NCBI GenBank assembly: GCA_964016885.1
Contig: OZ024747.1
Span: 39,804,001 to 39,868,000, forward strand
Source of the DNA: Eledone cirrhosa
Lineage: Eukaryota
Direction: 5' to 3'
Length of the DNA stretch: 64,000 nt
Shown: one piece after another, positions 1 through 14,000 of the stretch
How the letters are laid out: the number at the start of each line of letters is the position of its first letter
Position numbering within the stretch: the first letter of the stretch is position 1
Program-made: the position numbers and the translations under genes
Notes under the pieces: model-generated
What the model was told of the DNA's origin: nothing
The model's input: the letters and a program-made list of their open reading frames with translations, nothing else
Databases searched by the model: none

Positions 1-1102
1 GATGAGTTTTATTTCTACGCTTTGTTGAAGGAAAATCCTATTGACAGGCAAAAGCGTGTAATTGCTTGGCGTTCTTTTACATAATGAAAGCTGTTTTATC
101 CTCGAGCGCACCTGGTATTCTCTGAAAGGTGTTTCTGGATTTCAACTTGAGGGAAAGATATAGGCATTAGAGTCAATCGCAAAATATGTTTATATTTCTT
201 TACGGAATTCAATCCTTAAACCTACGTTATTACATGAACACGAGGTGTAGTCGATACGTAATTCGAGTCCGGTCAGAAGGAATTGTCTCCAATTGACCCG
301 GCTGGATTCCCAAGCAAGACCAGCCGAGCTCACGGATGATATCCAACCAGCTTGCTTGACGTCTGTCTGACCACGGATCACTTGCGGATTGGCTTTGCCC
401 GTTATATTTCCAGTGATTTTTCCCTTAGACATTCTGTCCACATGTCCGTAGTATCAGAGCTATAGAACACTACTTGGGGCGACTCTTTGAACTCCGTGCT
501 AAGAACTCAATAGTACGAAAACGTGTTACATGTGGTATTTTAGAAAAAAGTGCAGTTACATGTATGAATTTATATTTCCAGTAGAGTAGCTGCTGGTTGT
601 CCATAAATGTTTTATTTTATCACTGATTTTGAAAAATATTGTTTACATCAATCAGTAAGACAGCTGGCCTCTATAACTGTTCATAATATTTATCTTCTAC
701 ATCAAACAACGATATCAGACCCGATACGTTTGCATTTAGCTGATGTTTTGATATATATGGTTATGTGTAAGTAGTATTAGTAACACTGAATGTTGGAATG
801 TATTATTATGCATTTGTGAATATGTGAAATAGCTGGCGTTTGTATAGAAAATTAGAATGAAATATGCGGTTAATTTCTAATTATCAAGGGAAGCAACTTA
901 AATAGAATTCCAAATCTAATTTCGTATGTATTATTTTTCATCGTTTTTCTTTCTCGCTTTGCGATAGGTAAAGTTTTTTATTATAATTTGTGTATTTCTC
1001 TCCCATTCTTCTTTCTATTTCGTTTATTTTAATATAATTGCATAATTATGATTCATACTTTAGCTATATATTAGAATTCCATTACAATATTTACTAAATA
1101 CT

Positions 1103-1282
1103 TGTTTCTACTTTAGGCACAAGGCCAGCAATTACCCAGTGCATTACTGGTACTTTATTTTATCGACCCCGTAAGGATGAAAGGCAAAGTCACCCTCGGC
1201 GGGATTTGAACTCAGATCGTAAAGGGACGTAACTATGCTGGAAAGCATGGCGTCCGACCCTCCACCGATACTGCCAATCCAC
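1103..1282 (-). mobile_element. tRNA-derived SINE (family S1)
   Basis: Minus strand has A-box TGGCAGTATCGG, B-box GAGTTCAAATCC and central GCCTTTCATCCTTACGGGGTCGATAAAATAAAGTACCAG; at least 6 near-full copies in the window. Confidence 0.9.
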
Positions 1283-2005
1283 ACTAAATAATAAAATCAG
1301 TTAATTTGTTATTAAATTATTATCATTTGTTTTCATTTCTTCCTTACATTGTTATTTTTATGAATGTAGATAATTCAGGCACCACCAATTGACTTACAAT
1401 CATGTTAACAATGGAAATCTCTCTTTCGTTATGGTTAGCAGGTTTCTTCCATGTTCTTATTTTTCTCATAATAAACTCAGTCTAGTAATGTTTGTATATA
1501 AAGTGAAACAATTTTAACATTAACTCGTAGCCATATAAAAACAGCTGCCGATGCCATTGTTTTTGGTTTTATTGCGACTGCTGGTGATGTGGGTGGTGTC
1601 CTGATGACTATAGAGAAGGGAAGAAGGAGGAGAAATAAGAGAATAATTATAGTTTTGCTAAGTCAAAATCAAAACACAACAACAAAGATTTCACGACGGC
1701 TGTCGAAGATAAGGAAGGTGGTGATGATGATGTTGTTGATGATGATGACGATGACGATAATGATGAGGAAGAGGTACGATGATGAAGAAGGTAATATGGA
1801 TATTGACAGAGATGGTGAAAATAGTGATAAAGCTACCGCTGCACAGCCTATATCATATCATCACTAGTGACTTATAGATATTGCAGAAAACCAGCAATTT
1901 ATACAGAAAAGTGTATCAATGATTGAAACGTTTCAACTACAATATTTTGTTCGTCTTTAACTGACGAGGACAAAGAGAGGCAGTTATCACTTCTGCGAAG
2001 TGACC

Positions 2006-2036
<31 letters not shown>

Positions 2037-3099
2037 AAGAATTGAAACCAAAATTACTACAGCACTAAAGCAGCAAAGTGAAAAATCACTAGAACAGCAA
2101 CTACGACAGATGAAGAAGAAAAGGAACAGTGAAGGAATAACAACTATATTTTATATTAAAAAAACCCACTCAACTGAAAGAAAACATATATTTCTAGATA
2201 AATGAAAAAGAATATTTCAAAAAAGAAATTGAGAATAGAAAATGGCTTGAGAAATTAATGTAGAAAAATATGAGAAGAAATTAAAATCTGCAGGTGTTTT
2301 AGCATCGTTTAAACATTATTGATTATTTTCTTGATATTAGAAGTCTTCATACAGCGTTATTATCAAACAGTTAACTAGTCCGATACGCTATATATGCGAC
2401 ATGCCTTTTATATTTCCCTCTGAAGTATATTTCCTTCATGCTGAGGAGACACGGGAAACACTGGGAGGTTACGAGAGGAAAATCTCTGAGATTGGATATT
2501 CTATACAATACCCTGCATTGAAACATTCCTGTCCTATTCCCCCCTTTTCTTATTGGCGTATTCTGTAGATGGCAACAGGCTGATATTATTTGTAGAAGTG
2601 TGCGCGGAGGAAGAACTTGAGCAAGTGTGCCGTGATTATAATTGTATGTCTCCATAAATCGTCTAAATTATAGTTTGCATTTAATTTTGCAAACTAAAAC
2701 GTTTGCTAATGTGCTGACTAAGAAATTTGCAATTATTCGTGTCTGGTGTTATCATTGTAAAATTTCTGCGAGAATTATCCATGATAAAAGAAAATGATAT
2801 AGGACTTATTATAAGGCCTAGTGGTACTTAGCGAAGGCAGCGAATTGGTGGAGTCGGCAGAACGTCGGATAGAATGCTTTGCGATATTCGTTCCGGCTCT
2901 CTGTTACTCATGCTGGTGCATCAAGGGTAGTTTTATATCCCCTATCGCCTGGAAGATTTTAACTGCCTATTTTAAAGTATTTTATCTATTATCATTTATC
3001 ACTAAAAATTTGGAAATGCTAGAGAAGAGGGCTCGCTCCTTAAAAAAGACGCTCTACCGATCTCCTCAATCCACCTCGCTCAAAGAAGGTGGTCAATAA

Positions 3100-3212
3100 T
3101 TCTTTCTACTATTGGCACGCGACAGCAATTTTTGGGGGAAGGGCCATGTCGATTGATACTTTATTTTATGTACCCGAGTATAATGAATGGCAAAACTGAT
3201 CCTGGTAGGATT
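3100..3212 (-). mobile_element. old degenerate SINE fragment related to S1
   Basis: Diverged match to the S1 3' half (TTTCTACT..GGCAC..CAGCAATT..TACTTTATTTTAT..GAATGGCAAAA). Confidence 0.5.
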
Positions 3213-3270
3213 CAATGATGCAGCTGTTGCTAATAATACTAATACTACTTCAACTACTAATAATAATAAT

Positions 3271-3443
3271 TGTTTCTAGTTTTGGCACAAGGCCAGCAAT
3301 TATCAGTGCATTACTGGTACTTTATTTTATCGACCCCGTAAGGATGAAAGGCAAAGTCAACCTCGGCGGGATTTGAACTCAAATCGTAAAGGTACGTAAC
3401 TATGCTGGAAAGCATGGCGTCCGACCCTCCACCGATACTGCCA
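3271..3443 (-). mobile_element. SINE S1
   Basis: Near-identical to 1103-1282; (TAA)n tail at 3256-3270. Confidence 0.9.
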
Positions 3444-4840
3444 AAGCCGACGTCGTTTATGTAAAAAACATTTTTTTAATCACCAGCAAGGACTAGCGTT
3501 GTTTTCAGATTTCACGCCTTTTAAATAAATAGAATTTGTTCTACTTTAAGCACAAATTCAGCAATTTGTTTGGTAGGTGGGTGTTGTTTTAATTTACTTT
3601 TGAGACCGCACATTTTAAGAGAGCTCTTGTTGACAATTAAATTAACACAAATATTTAAAACACCAAATACTACTTCCCCTTCAAATAAGGCTGATATGTT
3701 AACAAAAATTGTAAAGTAGCAAATGTGTACTTATTTGTGTATACCCCATATATACATTCTGATTCGGATAGTGTTTCGGTAGACTTTGCTTTAAAAGTTT
3801 AGGTTTGAATGACATAAAGTATAAGGCAGTTACTGGAGCTAGCCCCAACTGGCTTCATTTTCGATGACTACATCAACTACTATGCAGAACCAAAGTGGCA
3901 GCATTTACGTGGTCGCTCGCTAAATAAAAGAACCATACGGATATCTTTTAAACTATACGCTGCAATCCTCTCACACATTTAAGGGAATATGGATACTATA
4001 TACTTGTATACACTATACTTAAAATAAACCCAAAAATATAGGCTAGTACTGTTAGGAGGCATTTGAACCTACGTACGACTAATCAAATTCATTTTGGGAC
4101 TAAGCAACAGTTATTATTGTTATAGTCACATTTCTCGTAATTGATCCTATTTTGTTTTTAAATCCCATATCTATAATCTCATCTTCTGTAACTTTAATTG
4201 CTTTATTAACTTATCGGGTCTTTGAGAAAGAATCTGGAAACGCTAATCAGAAAATATAATGAAGCAAATAGTCATGTGGCAATAAAATAGACACCGTCTG
4301 TTAAAATTCTTTTACATTGTCTGATCAGATTCTGAGAATGTTTTGTTGCTAATCTTTGTAGCGAATTAATGTTTCTTCCGGGAAAATGAACTTGTTGATT
4401 TAAATGGCCTCTAAATAGGCAGGAATAACAGTAAAAAATATTAACAATAAGAAAATATAATGAAAGAGCAATTCTGAAATTGTGAATTTGAATTCTTTGA
4501 TAACAAATATTTAGATTTAAAAATTCATTCATAACATAATCAATGCTTTAGAGATAACGTAATTATTTGTAGTACTTTTATTACAATATGATATTTCTGT
4601 ACATTGACTTCTATTAGGATTGCGTAACACACGAGAACATAAATTCCACATTCTAAGCCTACGATGAGCTAATTATTCATAATGTGGGCTTTGCTAATTG
4701 CAAGCGACACTCACAGTACTATCCTGAGATTTATTATTCGATAAGCACGGAATTGCACCAAATTTCCCTTAAATAATACTCTACACACTTAGGTAAAACA
4801 TTTCTGGCCCTGTGTCTACAGTCGAGAATTATTATTATTA

Positions 4841-5020
4841 CAGTATAGGTAGAGGGTCAGACGCCATGCTTTGACGCATAGAGTTACGGCCCTTGCCATT
4901 CTGAGTTCAAATCCCGCCGAGGTTAACTTTGCCTTTCATCCTTACGGGGTCGATAAAATAAAGTACCAGTAATGCACTGAGATAATTGCTGGCCTTGTGC
5001 CAAAAGTAGAAACAATTATT
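4841..5020 (+). mobile_element. SINE S1
   Basis: B-box GAGTTCAAATCC, central domain, ATT tail. Confidence 0.9.
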
Positions 5021-5025
5021 ATTAC

Positions 5026-5205
5026 GGTGGATTGGCAGTATCGGTAGAGGGTCGGGCGCCATGCTGTGCACCATAAAGATACAGCCATTTATGATCTGAG
5101 TTCAAATCCCACCGAGATTAACTTTGCTTTCATCCTTACGGGGTCGATAAAATAAAGTACCAGTAATGCACTGGGATAATTGCTGGCCATGTGCCAAAAG
5201 TAGAA
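5026..5205 (+). mobile_element. SINE S1, tandem with the previous copy
   Basis: A-box TGGCAGTATCGG, B-box, central domain. Confidence 0.9.
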
Positions 5206-7954
5206 TTAATAATTAAGGAGGGGGAGCTGGTAGATAAGTTAGACGAGGCTATTTGTAGTGGCATTGCAACGGACGTGCTAGCGGAGAGAATGGCATTAGA
5301 CCATTTCTTCAATGCGAAACACGAAGGTTGCATTGTCAGAGCTAAGGCGCGGGCGCTGAGAAACGAGGTAACCAAAGCTGTTCGATGGGCCTGCGTGGCG
5401 GAGGCGCAGCGTGGTAATAAAACCAGAATTCGGTCTTTGGCGAACCGAGACGGACACGAGATAAGCGATTCCAAGCGGATGTGTGAGGCCTTTCGCCAGC
5501 ACTTTGCTCGGTTGTTCGGGGAGAGTGGCGAGTCAGAGAGAGTAGCGGATTTCAGTCCCTACCTTGACGGCTTGCCGCGCATCTCGACGGTCGACGCTGA
5601 GCGCTGCGAAAGGCCGATTACTTCAGCCGAGATTCAGGACGCCCTTGTCGGCTGCATGAGGCGTAAGTCACCCGGATTGGATGGCCTGCCCTACGAGCTT
5701 TACGTAAATATCCTAGACTTGTTCTCCGATCTCCTCGAAGCACTCTACTGCAACTGGCAGCAGAATGGGAGTATTCCCAGTTCTGTGAGCAGGGGAGTAG
5801 TGACGCTGGTAAGGAAAGACGAGAACAAGAGGGATACATTAGACAACTTAGGCCCATAACTCTGCTCAACACAGAGTTTAAGATTTTGGCCAAGGTGTTA
5901 GCAAAGAGATTGGCGCTTGTCGTCGAGGATTTGGTTGGGGAGGCGCAAACTTGCGCAATCCCAGCCAGGTCCATACACGGCAATCTCCACCTCATGCGAT
6001 ACATCATAGAGAGGGTTGGGTGTAAACCTGGCTTCGGTGGGGCACTGATCAATTTAGATCAATCGAAAGCATTCGATAGGGTCGAACATCGGTATCTGGA
6101 GTTTGTCCTCAAAGCAGCTGGCTTCGGCCCTGTCTTCAGAAGCTGGATCGCTGCAATGCACAGCGGCACACGCTCGGTGGTCAAGGTTAATGGCCACCTC
6201 TCGGAACCATTTCGGCTCTCCCGATCGGTCTGTCAAGGGTGCCCTCTATCTTCCCATCTGTACGTATTGACTCTCGAGCCTTTACTGCGGAAGCTGGAGC
6301 TGTTGCAGGGTATCCCGCTCGAACCGGGACGTGGAAAGGCGGTGTCGGCTTATGCGGACGACATCATCGTGATGGTGTCGAACACCTCAGAAATCGAGGT
6401 GGTCGGCACCTTATTGAAGGAATATGAAAGGTTGACAGGAGCCAAGCTTAACCCGGAAAGGTCGGTGGGCTTGCAGCTCGGAACCTGGAGAGGCAAGCCC
6501 ATGCCGTCCAACAGCGTCGTGGGGCGCTGAACGGACGGACCGGTAAAGTTGCTCGGGGTTTGGTTCGGACCAGACCTCCAGGTGGAAAAGAATTGGGACG
6601 AGGTAACGAGCATAGTAGCCAGTCTCACACAAAAATGGGCTGGGAGGAAGCTATCACTGAAAGGTCGCGCGGAGGTGGCGAATGCGTACATCGCGTCCGT
6701 CATCTATTCCCGCCTGACCGTCGTGCCTTGCCCCCGTCCGCGCCTCGTCAAGTTCTTCAAATTCTTGTGGAGGGGACAAGTTCCGTTGGTGAGGCGGTCC
6801 ATCTGCTGCCAGCACCCTCTACGCGGATGGCTGGGCATGCCGTGGCTAATGATGCGCAGACATGCGTTGAGGCTGCGACATCTACAGATATTCTGCCTCA
6901 ACAGTGAACAAGTGTGGTCGCCGTTTATTAGACGGGCCTTTCTGCAGCTCATTTCTTTGACTGAGCTGCAGTCCTGGGTCAAGAAGAGACGAAGACTGGG
7001 TGACTGGCACCTGGAACGTTGCCAGGCACTCACTGCCCTCTACCAAGTGGATCAGTGGAACTTCCACTCTCGAGTTCTATAGAGGATTAGTGGTGGGCAA
7101 GTGCCATGACACACTCGGAGAAGCTTTGTGCCTCGACTAAGTCGAACTGACCAGTCTGTACCGGAGGACGTTTGAGCCGGGGACGATGGACAATTTCCAG
7201 AAATCTCTCACTTGGCAGTGCTACCAGGGAGCACTGCCGGTTCGGGATAAACTCTACAGGCACGGAAGTGCTGTCAGACGGACCTGCCCAAGATGTACAC
7301 AGAACGACGAAACCGTTCTGCACGCACTTGTCCATTGTTCTTGCATTACTGACTTGTGGAGTTATGTCGAACAGCTACTGTCGCGTGTGGAACGAATGCG
7401 TCTATCGGCCGAGTCCATAGTGAAGATCGACCCACCGCCTTCCTTAGGTCGGGAAGAGCAGGAAATTTTCCTCTGTCTGGTGGCAGTTGCGAAAGAGGTT
7501 ATATGGTGGACCAAGTTAAAAGGACTGAAGACAGACACTTTTCTCTTCGGCCAATCCCTCATCAACTTCTTCAAGTTTCACCTGGAAAGGAAGGTGAAGG
7601 TGGAGAGAGAAGTGCTGCCCCCCAGTACATTTGCTAAAAGGTGGGTGTATGTGGCGAGAATGGCTCGTGTGACTAGCTCTGACCATGCGCCTATAGGCTA
7701 GCTAACTTGAGGAGAGGGCTGCTCTCCCTGGGTGCCGTAGAAGCGCAAGGTGGTTCAGGATTGGTGGGGTACCCGAGTCACCACAGGGTCGTCCACCGCC
7801 TATCGGGGAATTTATTTTGTTTTATTTATTCATAGTTTATTTTATATTTTTATATCTTCATTGTTAAATTAGTCTTGCCATTGTGCACTTTTACTCGACC
7901 TTATTGTAAACACCCACTGTCCCTGTCTTTGTATTGTCCCCTACATGTCCGCCC
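5206..7954 (+). mobile_element. 5'-truncated L1/Tx1-clade LINE; frameshifted ORF2 (RT + C-terminal zinc knuckle) and 3' UTR
   Basis: ORFs 5191-5859, 5886-6530, 6549-7082 and 7186-7701 carry KSPGLDGLPYE, LDQSKAFDRVEH, QGCPLS, AYADD and CPRC..ETVLHALVHC. Confidence 0.93.
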
Positions 7955-7955
7955 T

Positions 7956-8140
7956 TGGCAGTATCGGTAGAGGGTCGGACGCCATGCTTTCCAGCATAGT
8001 TACGTCCCTTTACGATCTGAGTTCAAATCCCGCCGAGGTTGACTTTGCCTTTCATCCTTACGGGGTCGATAAAATAAAAGTACCAGCAATACACTGGTGG
8101 ATTGCTGGCCTTGTGCCTAAAGTACAAACAATTATTATTA
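7956..8140 (+). mobile_element. SINE S1
   Basis: Full copy with A/B boxes and (ATT)n tail, abutting the LINE 3' UTR. Confidence 0.9.
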
Positions 8141-8269
8141 TTATTATTATACGCTTATATCGAGATTTTAGCCGCAATATAGCAATACCAATCGAAATGT
8201 TTTGTTTCACAATACACTGAATAGTTCGAAAATTTATAGGCCAGTACAATTTGGGTCCGGTAACGTCCC

Positions 8270-8410
8270 TAAATATTTCTACAGCGGAAGAATTTGGAGC
8301 AACATGAAATATAATGTCTTGTTCAAAGAATACAACGCATCATCCGTTCCAGGAAATTACAACCTTACGGTTGCAAGCTGAATGCATTAACCTCTAAGTC
8401 ATTAAACTTC
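8270..8410 (-). mobile_element. degenerate CORE-type SINE fragment
   Basis: AATGTCTTGTTCAAAGAATAC resembles the reverse complement of the CORE motif GTGTCCTTGAGCAAGACACTT; related to 28400-28530 and 37520-37730. Confidence 0.45.
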
Positions 8411-8453
8411 ACTATACACACACACGCACACACACACACATATATATATATGT

Positions 8454-8542
<89 letters not shown>

Positions 8543-8702
8543 TGTGTGTGTGTATACAGTAATCCCCCGCTATATTGCAGTTTTGACAGCTAGATCCGAA
8601 CTAAGTCAGCAGTATTAGTACGGCGAGAATCCAGCTAAACTTATCAAGGGGTACAGTTCATATATAGGCATGCAGTCAAAACAAAAAAAATACAACAACA
8701 GC

Positions 8703-8900
8703 AATATCTAATCAAACGATCCTAAAATTTTTTTGTTTTTCTTGTCTGTCACGGGGAGTGGTCAATGATTTGGGGATGACCACAGACAAGAAAAACAACA
8801 ATTTTTGAGGATTGTTTGATTTGATATTTCTACTACCCTACGTTCGAGTACTCTGGTGCGTTATGGTTCACCTGGTTTCTTACCATAATTTTTTTGTTAC
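8703..8900 (+). mobile_element. fold-back short element with family-T 3' tail
   Basis: Imperfect inverted arms 8703-8749 / 8782-8828, then the tail TGGTGCGTTATGGTTCACCTGGTT..TTACCA shared with 40250-40338, 56699-56788 and 62221-62355; ends at CA/TA repeats. Confidence 0.7.
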
Positions 8901-8906
8901 ACACAT

Positions 8907-9057
<151 letters not shown>

Positions 9058-9066
9058 CATGTATAT

Positions 9067-9165
9067 ACTATCCAAATGGAACCTGGACCGATAAGGTCTG
9101 GTTTATCGGGTATGCCACTATTTATAAAACAAATTTGGTATTTTATATGTTGAGAGCGTACCAAG
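9067..9165 (+). mobile_element. family-X short element, 5' part, between (TA)n tracts
   Basis: CTATCCAAATGGAACC...GAGAGCGTACCAA is the reverse complement of 10386-10482. Confidence 0.8.
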
Positions 9166-9173
9166 TTACATAA

Positions 9174-9292
<119 letters not shown>

Positions 9293-9435
9293 GAGTTTAT
9301 GTTGGTTGTATACCAACACCTCAGTATGCAGGCTGGAGCACTCGACGAAGTGTGCAGGTTGGTTTGGTTACTCCGGAGTAATGTAAAATAAAGTTAAATA
9401 AAAAGTCAAATGTTTAAAATTTAGCTTCGTTTATT

Positions 9436-9490
9436 GCTGCTATATATATTTCAGTGACAGCCATCTTTGGCTGTGACCTCTTCAGGCAGT
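9436..9490 (-). ncRNA. type-I hammerhead ribozyme motif
   Basis: Minus strand: ACTGC CTGAAGA GGTC-ACAGCCA..TGGCTGT-CACT GAAA TATATATA GCAGC, then AATAAA; stem I CTGC/GCAG; palindromic stem III. Confidence 0.8.
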
Positions 9491-9667
9491 CCGAATTAGT
9501 GTGGTATAGACAAGTACATATGTTGTTGAGGTGTATAATATTGTCAATACTCTGATATGCCCAGTTCCTAGTTGGGTTGTTATTTCACTGAGGAACTGGA
9601 ATCATATGAATTCAAACAAACGAATTTCAGTGTCAAAGGGCGTGTGTGTATGTGAATGTGTCTGTTG

Positions 9668-10022
9668 ACACCTGGAATATAGCTTAAGAGAAACGACAAT
9701 TATGATAGGCACCCAATATTTGAACTGGTTTATAGAATTCTCTTGGCCATGGTCACTCTAAGTAGAGCTTTAAAGAATTAGCTTTTAAAGAATTTTCCTT
9801 TTCTTTAAATCCATCAACCATGACCGAACCCCAACCATCTTATAGACACCTGAAATATAGGCATTGTTAGCTTAAGAGAAACTTAAAAATAAGGAATAGC
9901 ACACAATTTGAACTTGTTTATAGAATTCTTTCTGCCTTTGTCTCTCTAAATATAAATTATAGCCTTAAAGAATGACCTCCACCCATCCCACTCCCCACCC
10001 TCTCCTACCACCTGAAAATATA
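9668..10022. repeat. diverged ~177-bp tandem duplication
   Basis: GACACCTG..AGCTTAAGAGAAAC..TTTGAACT..TTTATAGAATTCT recurs at 9668 and 9845, with a partial third start near 10009. Confidence 0.65.
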
Positions 10023-10053
10023 TAAATACCACAACATTTATTTTGGACAGCCA

Positions 10054-10102
10054 GATTCCTAATGATTTCTAAAGAATGAAACAGTTCTAGACCTGTAGAA
10101 TC
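10054..10102 (+). ncRNA. hammerhead motif with one core mutation, in a short element ending at (TA)n near 10190
   Basis: GATTC CTAATGA TTTC-TAAA-GAAT GAAA CAG..CTG TA GAATC; the sister copy at 33942-33986 has TTGATGA, so the consensus is CTGATGA. Confidence 0.7.
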
Positions 10103-10190
10103 TCATGTATATTAAAACTTTTATACTCTGCTATATATTGAGTACCTTACTTACTCTGGTTACCTCCGATTGAACCCGGAATAACTTACC

Positions 10191-10676
<486 letters not shown>

Positions 10677-10682
10677 TATATA

Positions 10683-10966
10683 TATATATATTAAAATATA
10701 AGTATTAATAAACTAGATGTTCTTTTGATCAATTACATTTTATTATACATATTTCGGATGTACAACAGTACGTCCTCATCAGACAAAATATAATGATACA
10801 TGACATACCCCGAGATGTTAAATGGTTAAGATTTAATCAAGGTATTTTATTAATACTTATATTTTAATATTAATAACTCCAGAAAATTATTTTTTTTTAC
10901 CGTTGAGTGCTTCTAATCTACTGTAAAACTCATTCTTTGACATAATCATTGAATATTGTTTAACAC

Positions 10967-10972
<6 letters not shown>
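10683..10972. mobile_element. fold-back HHR-bearing short element between (TA)n tracts
   Basis: Inverted arms ATATTAAAATATAAGTATTAATAA at about 10688-10711 / 10847-10870; HHR inside; ACTCC..GAGTGC tail. Confidence 0.7.
10742..10790 (-). ncRNA. hammerhead ribozyme motif
   Basis: Minus strand: CTGATGA GGAC GTAC-TGTT-GTAC ATCC GAAA TATG TA TAATAAA. Confidence 0.7.
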
Positions 10973-11005
<33 letters not shown>

Positions 11006-11009
11006 ATAT

Positions 11010-14000
11010 ATTGTGAAAAATTGAACGGGAACAAATCAGAGAGGCAATTTATTAGTTTACACGCTCTTGAGAGTGGGGGAGTGGTGGGAACGACATTTCG
11101 GGCATAAGCCCTTCTTCAGGCGAAAAGTATGTGGGAAGAGAGTTCAAAGGGTGTGTAGGGGAATGGGGGAGAGACATTTAGAAAAAAAAGGGGGGAGAGG
11201 AAACGGTGGAAGGGGTACAAAATGAAAATAAATATAAAAAAATAATAAAAATAATAAAAATAAAAATAAACATGAAGATAAACAAGTGGTGGAAGGGTGT
11301 GAGGCGTGTAGGGGTGGTGGCGGGTGGAGTGGAGAGAGGGAGACGGGGTGTCCGAGCGGGGAGGGCTGAAGGTGGTGTGTCTGTGTAGGTGTACGTGTGT
11401 GTGTGTGTGTGTGTGTGTATGTGAATGTGAGAGTTGGGGGAAGTACGAGGTTCCATGTTCAGGAAAAGGTGTGTGTGTGGGGGTGGGTGTAGGTCGGTGT
11501 GTGTGTGCGCGTGTGGATGGGGATGGGTCACAGGGGTGGGGGAGGGCGGGAGAGGATTCCGGAGGCTGAGTGTGTAAATATGAGGGGGTACGCACGTGAC
11601 TGTGGTGTTTATACGTATTGTGGATGTAGGTGGCGTGTGAGTGTATGTCCGTGGGTAAGTTCCTAAGGTAGTTCCGTAGAGGGTGTGGTGAGTTGCCGGA
11701 TATTTTCCTTGTGATGGAGCTGATTCGTGGGAGCGATGTCCAATGTGTGTAATCCGTGGTTGGGTTGGTCGGAGAGGGGAGATGTGGGGTTCGCGCGCAA
11801 CAGGAAATGGTCAGAGGATCAAGGCAGGAGGACAGTAGAGGAGATGGACAGGTGGAGAGGGCTGTGTGTCTGTGTGTGCGGAGAGGTAGTCAGAGGGTCA
11901 GGGCATAGCAGCAGTAGGGGAGTATGGCAGGTGGAGAAAGTCGGTGTGTCAGTGTGTACGGAGGTACGGTGGACAGGGGAGAGGATGGGTAGGTGTGAAA
12001 GGTGGTGTGGGGAGGGGGTCGTGCGGGGGAGGGGGTATTAGTAGAGGTGTTAGTGGGATGTGTGTGTGTGTGTGTGTGAAGGGGTGTGGGTGGAGCGGGG
12101 AGAGGGAGAGAAAGGTGTGAGGGACGGTGGAGGGAGTGTAGTGTCCTGGTGTGTGTGTGCGTGTTTGGATGAGTGTGTGTGTGGTGAAGGGATGTTAGTG
12201 GGTGTTAGTATACTGGTGGTGGGGAAAGGGTTGAATGCGGGTGTGTAGTGGGGTGGGGGGGGGTGTAAATGGGTGTGGGTGGGTGGGTATGTTCGTGTGC
12301 GTGGGGTCGGCGGGATGTTAGTGGTATTAGTTGTGGGGTGGTGGGAATGGATGTGTGGGTGAGGGTTAGTGGTGGTAGTAGGGTGTGTGGTTAGTGTGAG
12401 TGCGTGTATATATATACCGGTGTGTTTGTGCGTGATAGGGGGAGAGGGGAGGGGGGAAGGATGTTAGTATTGTTAATGGGGGAGGGGCGGTGAAAAGGAG
12501 GAGTGTGTTAGTGGTGTTAGTGGGGGATATGTGTGTTTGTGGCGGGAGGGGGGGGGGTTGTCGAAGGCTAAAGGAATAGGGGTGGGGAGTTCAGGCCGGA
12601 GGGAGTGTGGGTCTGTAGGGTGAAGATGGTATGTTGTTCGACCGTGAGGAAGGTGGCGGGTGTTCCGTGGCATTGGAGTAGGCCACAGACTGTGAGGTGG
12701 TGCGCGGAATGTCCAGGGGAGGAGCCAAAGTGGCGGGCGATGGGGGAACTACCGCCGAGATGAATATCTCGGAGGTGTTCGGAAAACGGTCCGCCAGGCG
12801 ACGTCCAGTCTGTTCAACGTAGGTTGCGCTACACTCCGTGCAGTGAAGTCCATAGACTAGGTTGGAGGAGGTGCAGCGGAAGGCGTGCCGGACAGGGAGA
12901 GAGTGGCCGTTGGGACCCTGGAAGGTGGTGGTGTTGGTGATGTGGGGACAGGTGTTGCAACGAAGCCTGGAACAGGGAAGGGAACCAGGGGGGAGGGCGT
13001 GGGTTGGGGAGGAGGAAGCTGTGGACGAGGAAGGTGAGGAGATTGTGTGCACATTTGAAGGTGGGGAGTGGTGGGGCTGGGAAGATGAGGGAGGTGGAGG
13101 GGTCGGACTGAAAGCGTCAGAAGAGGGGGAGGATGGTGCGGTGGAGAGGTAGGGTGTGGGGTGGTAGGTGATGGGGAAGTGGAGACGGTGGGTGTGCGGT
13201 GGCGTGGGGTGAGGGTCGTGGTGCGGTGGACAGCACGGGCGCGAGTGAGGGCGGTGTGGACGAGGGAGGGGGTAACCTCTGCGGATGAAATGGCTGACTA
13301 GGGAAAGGGCCTGTGACTCAAAGTCATCTCGGCTACAGAGGCGGAGGATCCTGAGGAGTTGGGAGTAGGGAATAAAGTGTTTAGTGTGTGTAGGGTGAGA
13401 GGAGGTGAAGTCGAGGTAGGAGTGGGAGTCGGTGGCTTTGAAGAAGGCGGAGGTAACGAGGGAGTGGTGGGAGGGGTCGAATGCGACGGAGATGTCTAAG
13501 GAGTGGTCCTTGGTGGTGGAGATAGAGGTGGTGAAGTGGAGGGAGGGGTGGAAGGAGCAGAAAAAGGAGAGAAAGGAGTCGAGAGTTCTCGGGTGAGGGT
13601 CGTGGCTCCGATACAGTCGTCGATGTAACGACCGTACAGTTCGGGCGTGGGGCCGGTGTACTGGGCAAAGATTTGGTCCTCAACATGGCCAACGAAAAGA
13701 TTGGCATGGTTTGGGCCCATTCTTTTGCCCAAGGCTACCGCCGTGACCTGTTGGTAAAACTCACCCGAGAAGGAGAAAGAGTTGAGGATGAGGACCAGCT
13801 CGGCGAGGCGAAGGAGGGTGGGGTGGGGGGTGGGGGAGGGGTGAAGGTCGATGTTGTGCTTGAGGGCACGTAGGCCGTCGGCGTGGGGGATGACTGTATA
13901 GAGCGACTTGATATCTTGGGTTAAGAGGAAGGGCTGTGGGCCCGGTGAGAAGGTGAAGGAGTCGAATAGGCGAAGGGTGTGGTTGGTGTCGGAGATGTGG

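Noticed and set aside
190-441. 83-aa ORF in moderately GC-rich sequence, possible host exon
   Set aside because: No recognisable motif, other frames are closed, and there is no supporting splice evidence.
1589-2130. ORF with Met/Asp runs and CTGACGA near 1961
   Set aside because: The ORF comes from GAT/GAA simple repeats; there is no correctly placed GAAA or stems for a hammerhead.
8555-8585. TACAGTAATCCCCCGCTATATTGC resembles a Tigger/pogo TIR
   Set aside because: No partner TIR or transposase was found.
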